Positions 1 through 8,036 of a stretch of 25,127 nt of DNA are shown here, piece after piece. This stretch comes from Archangiaceae bacterium (GTDB lineage Bacteria; Myxococcota; Myxococcia; Myxococcales; Myxococcaceae). The notes beneath the pieces are model-generated. The model had not been told where the DNA came from and did no database searches. It was given only the letters and a program-made list of their open reading frames with translations. The stretch lies in NCBI GenBank assembly GCA_043750125.1, contig JAYVCD010000215.1, forward strand, positions 1-25,127, given 5' to 3'. Both the position numbers and the translations under genes were made by a program. Positions within the stretch are counted from its first letter, which is position 1, and each line of letters begins with the position of its first letter.

Positions 1-37
1 GAACGGGCTGTTCGTGACGCTGAAGAATCGGCGGTAG
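1..37 (+). CDS. 3' end of a gene truncated by the window edge (…NGLFVTLKNRR*), possibly a cytochrome P450 C-terminus
   Basis: Open frame from position 2 to TAG at 35-37, convergent with and 3 bp from the LysR stop. The peptide resembles the P450 tail pattern '(TLRP)xNGLxxxLxxR'. Too short to be sure. Confidence 0.3.
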   Translation, partial: NGLFVTLKNRR

Positions 38-40
38 GCC

Positions 41-910
41 TCACACCGCGGCCAGCGCTGCCTCGACCAGGGGGTGCATCACCGCCCGCTTCCTCCACGC
101 GGCGCTGATGGGAAAGCGCGACTTCGGGTGATGCACCGGCCAGGCGGCGACCCCGGCCACCTGCGGCCCCGCCTCGCTCAGCGAAGGCACCAACGAGAAG
201 CCCAGCCCGGCGGCGACGAAACCCAGAATCGTGTCCGAGGTGTCGGCCGCGAACGCCAGCCGGGGGTGCAGCCCATGCTCGGCCAGCCCGGTCAGCTGCA
301 GCTCTTTCAACGCCCGGTCGGCGTTGTACGCAATGAACGGCACGTCCCCCAACGCGGCCAACTTCAACCGCGGGCCCTGCGCAAACGGGCCATGGGTGGG
401 CGTCACCACGAAGGTCTGCATCGTCGCCACCACCTGGGTCTCGATTCCTTCCGGCAGCCGGGGAAGCCAGTCGATCACCAGGTCCGCTTCGCCCCGCAGC
501 AACGCCGCAGGGTCGGCCGCCTTGACCTCACTGAGCGCCACCGAAATGTCCGGCCGTCGACTCTGCAGCCGCTGCAACCATTTGGGCATCAAGTGACGCA
601 GCAGGTGGCCCGCCGCGTGGACCTTCAGCGTTCCGCCGACCTTCCCCTCTTTGAGCTTCGCGGCCAGCGCGGGCAGCTGCTCATAGAACGGCTCCACCAC
701 CCCAAACAGCGCATGCCCCGCGGGGGTCAACGCCATGTGGTCCTTGCCCACCCGCTCGAACAGCGGCACCCCGACTTCTTCTTCCAGCCGGCGGACCTGC
801 TGGTGAACTCCGGGTTGGGTGATGGGGTAGGGAAACGCACGAGCCGCCCGGGCATACCCCCCGGTGCGTGCAACCCAGTAGAACCCCTCGAGACGCTGCA
901 GTGAAATCAT
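41..910 (-). CDS. LysR-family transcriptional regulator
   Basis: 289 aa. N-terminal HTH (LQRLEGFYWVA…ITQPGVHQQVRRLEEEVGVPLFER…LTPAG) and a LysR substrate-binding domain (LLRGEADLVI; FVAAGLGFSLVP). Confidence 0.95.
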   Translation of the reverse strand: MISLQRLEGFYWVARTGGYARAARAFPYPITQPGVHQQVRRLEEEVGVPLFERVGKDHMALTPAGHALFGVVEPFYEQLPALAAKLKEGKVGGTLKVHAAGHLLRHLMPKWLQRLQSRRPDISVALSEVKAADPAALLRGEADLVIDWLPRLPEGIETQVVATMQTFVVTPTHGPFAQGPRLKLAALGDVPFIAYNADRALKELQLTGLAEHGLHPRLAFAADTSDTILGFVAAGLGFSLVPSLSEAGPQVAGVAAWPVHHPKSRFPISAAWRKRAVMHPLVEAALAAV

Positions 911-916
911 ACACCA

Positions 917-963
917 CAGGTTATCACTGAAATGAGAACGTGTTCCCTGCGGTAATCAACCTG
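917..963. promoter_or_regulatory. Nested dyad in the divergent LysR / membrane-protein promoter (candidate operator)
   Basis: CAGGTT (917-922) and AACCTG (958-963) surround GAAC-GT-GTTC (936-945) almost concentrically, in a relatively AT-rich divergent intergenic region. Confidence 0.35.
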
Positions 964-1021
964 ATTCGCGATGCTGCCCGTTGAGGGAAGACACAAACCC
1001 GCAGCACATCGGAGTCACACC

Positions 1022-1315
1022 ATGAACGGAATGAAGAACGCGGTGCACCTGGCGATCCTCGGAATCTGGGCCACCCTGGGGGCGATCCTCAGCATCAAGC
1101 TGGTGTTCGGAGCCCTGGTGCTGCTCAGTCCGCTCGGCTTCTGGCTCTGGTTCGCAGGGTTTGCCGCGGTGACCACCTTCGCGGTGAAGAAGCTCGACGG
1201 GCCGCTGGCCGCGCTGGGAATTCACGCCGCTGCCTTCGGGCTGCTCCACCTGGTCCCGAGGGTGTTCCCGTTCGACGTGCTGCGCCTGGGCCTGGATTTT
1301 CTCCAGGCCCACTGA
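1022..1315 (+). CDS. Small hydrophobic membrane protein (97 aa), function unknown
   Basis: GGAG at 1011-1014 precedes ATG 1022. About three hydrophobic segments, GC-rich third codon positions, divergent from the LysR gene. Confidence 0.8.
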   Translation: MNGMKNAVHLAILGIWATLGAILSIKLVFGALVLLSPLGFWLWFAGFAAVTTFAVKKLDGPLAALGIHAAAFGLLHLVPRVFPFDVLRLGLDFLQAH

Positions 1316-1324
1316 CCGTCAGCT

Positions 1325-4300
1325 CTACAGGTTCTGAATGCTGGGCTTCGACGACAGATCCATCTCGTAGATCCCGAAGTTTCCCGCCGCGACGTAGGCG
1401 ATGTCGCCGGCGAAGACGATGTGGGTCGCCCAACCGAGCGTGCGCAGGAAGTGCTGGCCGACGGGAGCGTTCAAGTGGCTCACGTCGACCGCCAGCACTC
1501 CGTCGCCGACCAGGTTCACGAACAGCCGGTCGCCGAACACGCCCATCAGTTGGGCAGAATAGGTGCCGACCGCCGCCGAGAACGTCTGGGTCAGGCGGCC
1601 CTGGCTCAGGTCCAGAATCGTCAGCGAGTCCGACGGCTGCACGTACCCGCCGCCCAACGAATCGTCGTAGGCATACGCATACGAGTAGCCCTTGCGCAGC
1701 GTCATGAACAAGCGGTCCGCGTCGCCGACCATGTCCCCCACCTGAAGCCCGTTGAGCGCCAGGGTGTCGAGCAGCATCGCTCGGCCCGGAACGGTGCTCT
1801 TCAGCAGGTGCAACCGCGCGTCGGGCACCCAGTAGGTGTTGGTCTTGTTGACCGCGAAGCTGAACTTCTCGTCGGTCGACAGGAAGCTGCGCTCGCCGTT
1901 CTTCTCGGACGCGCGAATCAGGCGACCGGGAATGTTGATCACCTTCTCGGGCACCAGGTCGGCGGTGGGGAACGTCTCGGCGTAGTACTTCATCTGCGCG
2001 AAGCGGGTCCCGTCCTTGAGGTCGATGGCGCCGACGTTCTCTTTGTAGCTTGCAACCAGCCGGCTGCCATCGCCGACCAGGTTCAGGTACTGCCGACCCG
2101 CCGCTGCGTAGCCGCGCCGGGGGTCGTAGGTCTGGGTCGCCAGCTTCCGGGTCACGACGTTCGGGCTCGCGGGGTTCGTCAGGTCGAGGAAAATCAGGGT
2201 CTGCGAAGAGCCGTTGCCTTCGTAGGTCCAGCGGATCAACCCCAGCCCAAGCTCGCTCGCCGCCCAGCTGCCGCCGTAATAGCTCGGGTAGTAACCCCAG
2301 CCGCCGCACCCGTACCAGACGTACGGCATCGTCTGCGTCGGCAGGTCAGCCTCGGAGACTTTCACCGGCGCCAGAGGGTTGCTCAGGTCGTAGATCACCG
2401 CCTGGGTCTTGCGCTGGTTGTACGCAGTGACCGCGTCATTGGCCTGACGGAACAGCACCAGCAGGTTCTTGAACTGAATCGCCTGTTGCACCCGGGGAAC
2501 GGTGAAGGTCGCGACCACTTCGGCGTCGTCCAGCCCCTTCGCCGCGCGCTTCACCCGGAACTCGCTCGCGTTGGGCTGCGCGCTGTAGTCGCTGCCCTGC
2601 CGCACTTCGTCCACCATGTAATCGCCGAAGCGGTACAGCCGCTGGTGGTACGGAGCGACTTCGATCACCGCCTGCTCCACCGGCGCGTCGAGGTTGTCGA
2701 TGTCCGTCACCGAGACGTGGGTCTCGCTCAGGTTCACCATCATCCGGCGTTCCGTCGCACCCTGGTGGGTGAAGATGATGCTGCGGGTGACGTGGCCCGC
2801 GGCGTTGACCACCGTGCCGTGATTGTTGAGCACCTTCTGATTCAGGTAGTCCTTCGCCGGGTCATACGCCGCGAGGTCGAACGACATCAGGCCGACGGCC
2901 GACTCGGGCCGGTACCACCACCACGAGTCCTGGGTTCCGCTCTTGGTGTAGTAGTTGACCGGCACGCTGATCACGTTCGCCTTCGCGTCCGAGTGCAGGC
3001 CGAGCATCTTGTGCGCCTGGTCGAGGTTCCAGTTGAGCTCGCTCCAGACCCACGAGGCGTTGTTCACGGTGACGCACTTGCGCTGCACCAGCCGAATCGC
3101 GCTCAGGTTCTGGACGTCGATCAGGCTCACCGAGACGTTGGCCGACCAGCCGGTCGCCGCCGTGCCGTAGCCGGCGCAGGTGGCGTCGTTGTCGCGGCCG
3201 ATGCCGAGCAGGAACTTCCCGTCGCCGACCAACCGGAACACGTTCATGTCGCCCGACAGCCCGTCGATCGCCGAGAGGACGGTGAGCTTCGTCGGGTCGG
3301 CAAAAGAGATCGCGTAGAGCGGGTCGATCTGCTTGGCGGTGATCGCAAACGCAACGCTGCGGGTGGTGTCGAAGGTCGTCCCGCGCACCGTCTCGTTGGG
3401 CTTGCCGAACTGCAGGCTGCTGACGCGCACCGGGTGGGCCCCGTCGGTCACGTCCCACGACTCGATCGTGTTCTGGGTGAAGCTGTTCCCCGAGCAGTTG
3501 GTCGAGTTCCATTCCTGCCGTTGGAAGATCCCGAGGTAGTGGCCCTTTCCGGTCGCGTCGTCGTGAATGTAGGTCTGCTTGAACTGATCGTTGAGCGCGC
3601 CGTAGGTCGAGAAGTGCGAGTGAAGGCGAATCTTCCCGCTCGGATCCGAGATGTCGATGATCGACACCACGGCTTCCTGCATCGAGCGCGAGCTGCCGCA
3701 GTTGTACTTGCTGCCCGAGACCCAGCCGTAGGTCTGCCAGTTCTCAACGACGTGCAGCGTGTTCGAGGTGGCCGAGATGGTGACGCCGGTGAAGTGACGG
3801 CTGGTCGAGCTTTGATTGGTGTTCGAGTTGAAGCCGCCGCCTTCGAAGACCTTCAGCTTTTCCACCAGCACGACGTTCTTCGGGTCGGCGACGTTGAACG
3901 AGTACACCCACGCCTGCTCGGTGTGCTCGGTGCCGTACGGGTAGCCCGGGTAGTAGTACGACTGGGGCAGCTGCGAGACCACGTAGACGGTGTTGTCGAT
4001 CTTTCGCGAGACGCCTTCTTTGAGCTCTCCGATGATGTCGATCGTCTGGATGATCTTCGGGTTCTTCAGGTCTGCAATGTCGATCGCCACCAGCTGCGAG
4101 ACGTTGTGACGCTTGAAGCTCAACCCGGTGATGTCCTGCGTGACGTACAGCGCGTCCCGCAGCAGCGCGTAGACGGTGGTGCCGGTGACGAACATTTCAA
4201 TCGGGTACCCATGCACTGGCAGCCGCGAGAGCTGCCTGGGGTTCTTCGGGTCGTTGAGGTCGTAGATGATGAAGCCGCGATACGTGTTCAGGTAGAAGAG

Positions 4301-4588
4301 CCGGTTGGCGTCGACCCGGTAGATGTCGGCCTCTTCGACCGTGCCTTCGCGACCACTCGGGGCCTTGTTTTCCGGGGCCGGTGCAGCCGCTCCCATGTCC
4401 GCGACTCCGGGGGCGCCTCCGGCGTTGTCGAAGTTGCGCCCGTTCGAATAGTCGCGTTCGAGGGTGATGAAGTCGTCCTGGCCGGTGACCACCGGGTTGT
4501 CCGGGGTGTTGCCCGGGCCCTTGTTCAAACCGCAGCCCATCGCCAAGACCACGACCCACAATCCAATCGACTGCCACAGGCGGTTCAT
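1325..4588 (-). CDS. Large secreted beta-propeller lipoprotein (Beta_propel/PF09826-like), 1087 aa
   Basis: AAGGAG RBS before ATG 4588. Lipobox VLAMG-C19. Family motifs [10 protein letters not shown] and [12 protein letters not shown], and repeated 'xxDxSxPxxP' blade ends along the whole length. Confidence 0.88.
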   Translation of the reverse strand: MNRLWQSIGLWVVVLAMGCGLNKGPGNTPDNPVVTGQDDFITLERDYSNGRNFDNAGGAPGVADMGAAAPAPENKAPSGREGTVEEADIYRVDANRLFYLNTYRGFIIYDLNDPKNPRQLSRLPVHGYPIEMFVTGTTVYALLRDALYVTQDITGLSFKRHNVSQLVAIDIADLKNPKIIQTIDIIGELKEGVSRKIDNTVYVVSQLPQSYYYPGYPYGTEHTEQAWVYSFNVADPKNVVLVEKLKVFEGGGFNSNTNQSSTSRHFTGVTISATSNTLHVVENWQTYGWVSGSKYNCGSSRSMQEAVVSIIDISDPSGKIRLHSHFSTYGALNDQFKQTYIHDDATGKGHYLGIFQRQEWNSTNCSGNSFTQNTIESWDVTDGAHPVRVSSLQFGKPNETVRGTTFDTTRSVAFAITAKQIDPLYAISFADPTKLTVLSAIDGLSGDMNVFRLVGDGKFLLGIGRDNDATCAGYGTAATGWSANVSVSLIDVQNLSAIRLVQRKCVTVNNASWVWSELNWNLDQAHKMLGLHSDAKANVISVPVNYYTKSGTQDSWWWYRPESAVGLMSFDLAAYDPAKDYLNQKVLNNHGTVVNAAGHVTRSIIFTHQGATERRMMVNLSETHVSVTDIDNLDAPVEQAVIEVAPYHQRLYRFGDYMVDEVRQGSDYSAQPNASEFRVKRAAKGLDDAEVVATFTVPRVQQAIQFKNLLVLFRQANDAVTAYNQRKTQAVIYDLSNPLAPVKVSEADLPTQTMPYVWYGCGGWGYYPSYYGGSWAASELGLGLIRWTYEGNGSSQTLIFLDLTNPASPNVVTRKLATQTYDPRRGYAAAGRQYLNLVGDGSRLVASYKENVGAIDLKDGTRFAQMKYYAETFPTADLVPEKVINIPGRLIRASEKNGERSFLSTDEKFSFAVNKTNTYWVPDARLHLLKSTVPGRAMLLDTLALNGLQVGDMVGDADRLFMTLRKGYSYAYAYDDSLGGGYVQPSDSLTILDLSQGRLTQTFSAAVGTYSAQLMGVFGDRLFVNLVGDGVLAVDVSHLNAPVGQHFLRTLGWATHIVFAGDIAYVAAGNFGIYEMDLSSKPSIQNL

Positions 4589-4633
4589 GTGTGCTCCTTC
4601 AGCGTCGCAATAAAGGATTTCGACCCCGGCCAG

Positions 4634-4650
4634 CGCAAGCTGCGTACCAG
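4634..4650 (-). promoter_or_regulatory. Sigma54 (-24/-12) promoter for the beta-propeller lipoprotein
   Basis: Minus strand reads CTGGTACG-CAGC-TTGCG, i.e. GG-N10-GC matching TGGYRYR-N4-TTGC, about 45 bp upstream of the ATG. Confidence 0.7.
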
Positions 4651-4665
4651 CCGGGCGGCTCGCGA

Positions 4666-4678
4666 ACTCAAGTGGTTG
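4666..4678. promoter_or_regulatory. Putative IHF-binding site upstream of the sigma54 promoter
   Basis: ACTCAA-GTGG-TTG versus consensus WATCAA-N4-TTR (1 mismatch), located just upstream of the -24 element as is usual for sigma54 promoters. Confidence 0.4.
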
Positions 4679-4759
4679 CGGGGGCGAGAGACCCTTCGTT
4701 CCCACAGAATCCTGAGGGACGTCGGGGACTTTTTAAGGGTAGAGACCAGGGGCCCCGCC

Positions 4760-5197
4760 ATGGATCTCGAGGTCTTCACCGATGGAGCCTGTCGCGGCAA
4801 CCCCGGCCCGGGTGGGTGGGGCGCGTTGCTGACGTGGGGCACGACCGAGCGCGAATTGTGCGGGGGAGAGCGCGACACCACCAACAACCGCATGGAATTG
4901 ACCGCGGTGATTGAAGCGCTCAAGGCGCTGACCCGCCCCACGCCGGTGCGCGTTCACACCGACTCGACCTACGTGATGCAGGGCATCTCGAAGTGGATCC
5001 ACGGCTGGAAGACGAACGGTTGGAAGACGAAAGCCCGCGCGCCGGTGAAGAACGTCGACCTCTGGATGGCGCTCGACGCGGTGGTCGGGTTGCACGAAAT
5101 CGAATGGAAGTGGGTCAAGGGCCACGCGGGTCACGTCGGCAACGAACGCGCCGACCAGCTGGCCAACCGCGGTCTCGAGCAGCTGCTGCTGCGTTAG
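4760..5197 (+). CDS. rnhA: Ribonuclease HI
   Basis: 145 aa with [38 protein letters not shown] and [15 protein letters not shown]. Catalytic acidic residues are present. Confidence 0.97.
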   Translation: MDLEVFTDGACRGNPGPGGWGALLTWGTTERELCGGERDTTNNRMELTAVIEALKALTRPTPVRVHTDSTYVMQGISKWIHGWKTNGWKTKARAPVKNVDLWMALDAVVGLHEIEWKWVKGHAGHVGNERADQLANRGLEQLLLR

Positions 5198-5223
5198 CCG
5201 CCGCGGCAGGGTAAGGAGCCCTG

Positions 5224-6021
5224 ATGGGAAGACTCGTGAGCTGCACTTTGTGCGTCGCCTTGCTGATGCCCGCAGCCGGTTTTGGAGCTCCCCCGCCCAG
5301 GCCGCCGCCCGCCGCCGAGCTGCCCCCGCCTCCTCCCCCGCCGCCGCCCGCGGTCGACTGTTTCCCTGCCTGTCGGGCCGGTTTTTTCTGCTACTCCGGC
5401 CAGTGCAGGTCCGCGTGCAACCCTCCCTGCGGTTCCGGCGAGCAGTGCCTCGAAAATGGCCAGTGCAGCTCGGGTGCGGCGCTTCCCCCGGGCGATGCTC
5501 CGTTGGCTCCTCCCGTCCTCAGCCAACCCGAAGGGTCGCGCGTGAGCGAAGACGGTGAGAAGGCGCCTCCGGGTTTTCACTTCGAGACTCAGCGAAGAAA
5601 AGGGCTGCTGATCGCCGGCCCGGTGCTCTTTGGGGTCGGCTACATCCTCTCGGCGATGTACGGCCTGTTCGGGTACAGCTTCGCGGGCCTGGGCCTCACC
5701 TTCCCCAGTGGCTTCGTCTACAACAACCGCAGCACCTACCTGGTCTACGCCGTTCCCCTGGTCGGACCCCTGCTGAGCCAGGCTCTGTTTGCGACCGCTC
5801 TCGGCTACCGAGGAGTCAACCGCGACCCGGAGTTCCTCTTCGCGGGCATCGTCACCGTGTTGCAAACCACCGGGCTGGTGCTCGCGTTGCTCGGAATCAA
5901 GACCACCCAGGTGGCCGTGGAGAATCGCTACTCGAGCTCTGGAGCTGCGCCGATTCGCTGGTCGTTGTCGCCGATGGCGCCCGGCTCACCGCTCGGAGTG
6001 ACGTTGTTCGTCGAAAACTAG
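5224..6021 (+). CDS. Exported/membrane Pro-rich, Cys-rich hypothetical protein of myxobacterial type
   Basis: Signal-peptide-like N-terminus, poly-Pro tract, two small Cys modules (CFPACRAGFFCYSGQC / CNPPCGSGEQCLENGQC), then hydrophobic Gly-rich segments. AAGGAG RBS. Confidence 0.8.
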   Translation: MGRLVSCTLCVALLMPAAGFGAPPPRPPPAAELPPPPPPPPPAVDCFPACRAGFFCYSGQCRSACNPPCGSGEQCLENGQCSSGAALPPGDAPLAPPVLSQPEGSRVSEDGEKAPPGFHFETQRRKGLLIAGPVLFGVGYILSAMYGLFGYSFAGLGLTFPSGFVYNNRSTYLVYAVPLVGPLLSQALFATALGYRGVNRDPEFLFAGIVTVLQTTGLVLALLGIKTTQVAVENRYSSSGAAPIRWSLSPMAPGSPLGVTLFVEN

Positions 6022-6035
6022 GAGGCTTCTTTTCC

Positions 6036-7703
6036 ATGAGCTCCCACCCCTCGACGCTGTCGGCGCAGTTCCTCACCCACGAAGTCACCAACCAGCCCCC
6101 GCCGCTGGTCTACGACGCGTGGGCCACGGACCCGGTGTTGCGCGAGGCGATCACCCGCGAAGGAGGCGGGTGGGGCGAGGCGCAGCTTTCGGCCTACGGG
6201 AAGCTAGTCGGTGGCGAGCTGATGCAGCTGGGCTTTGTGGCCAACGAGAACAAGCCGAAGTTGCGGCCTTTTGATCGCTACGGAAACCGAATCGACGAGG
6301 TCGAGTTCCACCCTGCCTACCACCGGATCATGGAACTGGCGATCGCCCACCAGACGGTCAACTTCGGCTGGAACCACGCCGAGAAGCCGGGCGCCCACGT
6401 CGCGCGGATGGGCTTGAGCTACCTCCACAACCAGGCCGACCAGGGCACAAGCTGCCCGCTGACGATGACCTATGCGTGCGTGCCCACGCTGCGGCAGCAG
6501 CCGTCGCTGGCCAAAGAATGGCTGCCCCGCGTCACGTCCACCCGCTACGACCCCCGCTTCATTCCCGCGGCGCAGAAGCTGGGCGCCACCTTTGGAATGG
6601 GAATGACCGAGAAGCAGGGCGGCTCGGACGTGCGCAGCAACCAGACCCGGGCCGAGCCCACCGGAGCCAGCGGGTCAGGCCAGCTGTACACCCTGGTCGG
6701 GCACAAGTGGTTCTTCTCGGCTCCGATGTGCGACGCATTTCTGGTGCTGGCGCAGGCGAAGGGCGGGCTGTCGTGCTTCCTGTTGCCGCGGTTCACGCCC
6801 GACGGCGAGCGCAACGCGATTCACATTCAGCGGCTGAAGGACAAGCTGGGCGACTGGAGCAACGCTTCCTCGGAAGTCGAGTTTCATGGCGCGCTCGCGT
6901 TCATGTGCGGGGAAGAGGGCCGGGGCATTCCCACCATTCTCGAGATGGTCGCGCTCACCCGGCAGGACTGCATGATCGGCTCGAGCTCGCTGATGCGGCA
7001 GGCGTTGGTCCAGGCGATTCACCACTGCCGCCACCGCAGCGCCTTCGGCAAGCGGCTCGCCGATCAGCCGCTGATGCGCAACGTGCTCGCCGACCTCGCG
7101 CTCGAAAGCGAAGGGCACACCGCGCTCACCGCCCGCATCGCGCGCGCCGTCGACGCCAGCGGGCGAAGTCCCGACGAGGCCGCCTTCTGCCGGGTCGCCA
7201 CCGCGGTGGGCAAGTACTGGGTCTGCAAGCGGGCTCCAGCTTTCGTCAATGAAGCGCAAGAGTGTCTGGGCGGCGCCGGCTACGTCGAAGAATCGAACCT
7301 GCCCCGGCTGTACCGCCAGGCGCCGCTGAACTCGATCTGGGAAGGCAGCGGCAACATTCAGTGCCTGGATTTCTTGAGGGCCTCGGCGCGCGAGCCCGCG
7401 GCGATCACCGCGTTGATCGCCGAGCTTTCGGCCGCGCGGGGCGGCAACCGGTTCCTCGACGAAGAGGTCGACCGGCTGATGAATGATCTCACCGACACCG
7501 CGACGCTCGAAGTCCGCTCGCGGCTGATCGTCGAACGGCTCGCCCTGTGTCTGCAGGCGTCCATTCTGGTTCGCGCCGGCAACGCGCTGGTGTCCGACGC
7601 CTTCTGTGCCTCGCGGCTGGGGGGTGGGCGCGGGCAGGCCTTCGGGACCCTGGGCCCCGCCGTGGCGATGCAAGCGTTGATCGACCGCGCCTTTCCCGCC
7701 TGA
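6036..7703 (+). CDS. aidB: AidB-like acyl-CoA dehydrogenase
   Basis: 555 aa. THEVTNQPPPL N-terminus, VEFHPAYH, CPLTMT, GMGMTEKQGGSDV, GHKWFFSAPMCDAF, RLKDKLG…NASSEVEF, KYWVCKR and NSIWEGSGNIQCLD. AGGAGG RBS. Confidence 0.9.
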   Translation: MSSHPSTLSAQFLTHEVTNQPPPLVYDAWATDPVLREAITREGGGWGEAQLSAYGKLVGGELMQLGFVANENKPKLRPFDRYGNRIDEVEFHPAYHRIMELAIAHQTVNFGWNHAEKPGAHVARMGLSYLHNQADQGTSCPLTMTYACVPTLRQQPSLAKEWLPRVTSTRYDPRFIPAAQKLGATFGMGMTEKQGGSDVRSNQTRAEPTGASGSGQLYTLVGHKWFFSAPMCDAFLVLAQAKGGLSCFLLPRFTPDGERNAIHIQRLKDKLGDWSNASSEVEFHGALAFMCGEEGRGIPTILEMVALTRQDCMIGSSSLMRQALVQAIHHCRHRSAFGKRLADQPLMRNVLADLALESEGHTALTARIARAVDASGRSPDEAAFCRVATAVGKYWVCKRAPAFVNEAQECLGGAGYVEESNLPRLYRQAPLNSIWEGSGNIQCLDFLRASAREPAAITALIAELSAARGGNRFLDEEVDRLMNDLTDTATLEVRSRLIVERLALCLQASILVRAGNALVSDAFCASRLGGGRGQAFGTLGPAVAMQALIDRAFPA

Positions 7704-7724
7704 CCGCAGCCGCGCTATGCCGCG

Positions 7725-7978
7725 GGTTTCCGGGTTCAGATTCACAAAGCAGACGACACCGTGCGCATCTACTCGCGCGCGCTCAATGAAGTGACCGACG
7801 GTCTTCCCGATCTGGTGGCTGCGGCTGGGGCGCTGCCCGCGCGGCGGCTGGTGCTCGATGGCGAAGCTGTTGCTCCTTATTACGGAGCCTCACCCTGCGT
7901 CATGCCCGCCTGGTGCGGTACCGCGACGACAAGACCGCAGCCCAGGCCGACACCATCGACACCCTGCGGGCCATCTTC
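7725..7978 (+). pseudogene. ATP-dependent DNA ligase (LigB-type) remnant, 5'-truncated, internally deleted and frameshifted
   Basis: 7725-7873 encodes [30 protein letters not shown]…LVLDGEAVA (adenylation domain, starting just after the lost KxD). It is joined to PYYG and, after a frameshift near 7887, [30 protein letters not shown] (ligase motif VI and extreme C-terminus). Confidence 0.85.
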
Positions 7979-8036
7979 CTGCGCCTCGCTTTGGCGGGCT
8001 TGATGCGCGCTCGACGGACTGCGAAATCCCCGACAG

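Noticed and set aside
1421-5197. 1258-aa + strand ORF ending in RNase H (apparent giant RNase H fusion)
   Set aside because: The first ~1110 codons are the antisense shadow of the high-GC3 beta-propeller gene plus intergenic DNA. The real rnhA starts at ATG 4760.
7710-7730. Hairpin after aidB as an intrinsic terminator
   Set aside because: Only a 5-bp stem with a 3-T tail, and it overlaps the ligase remnant.
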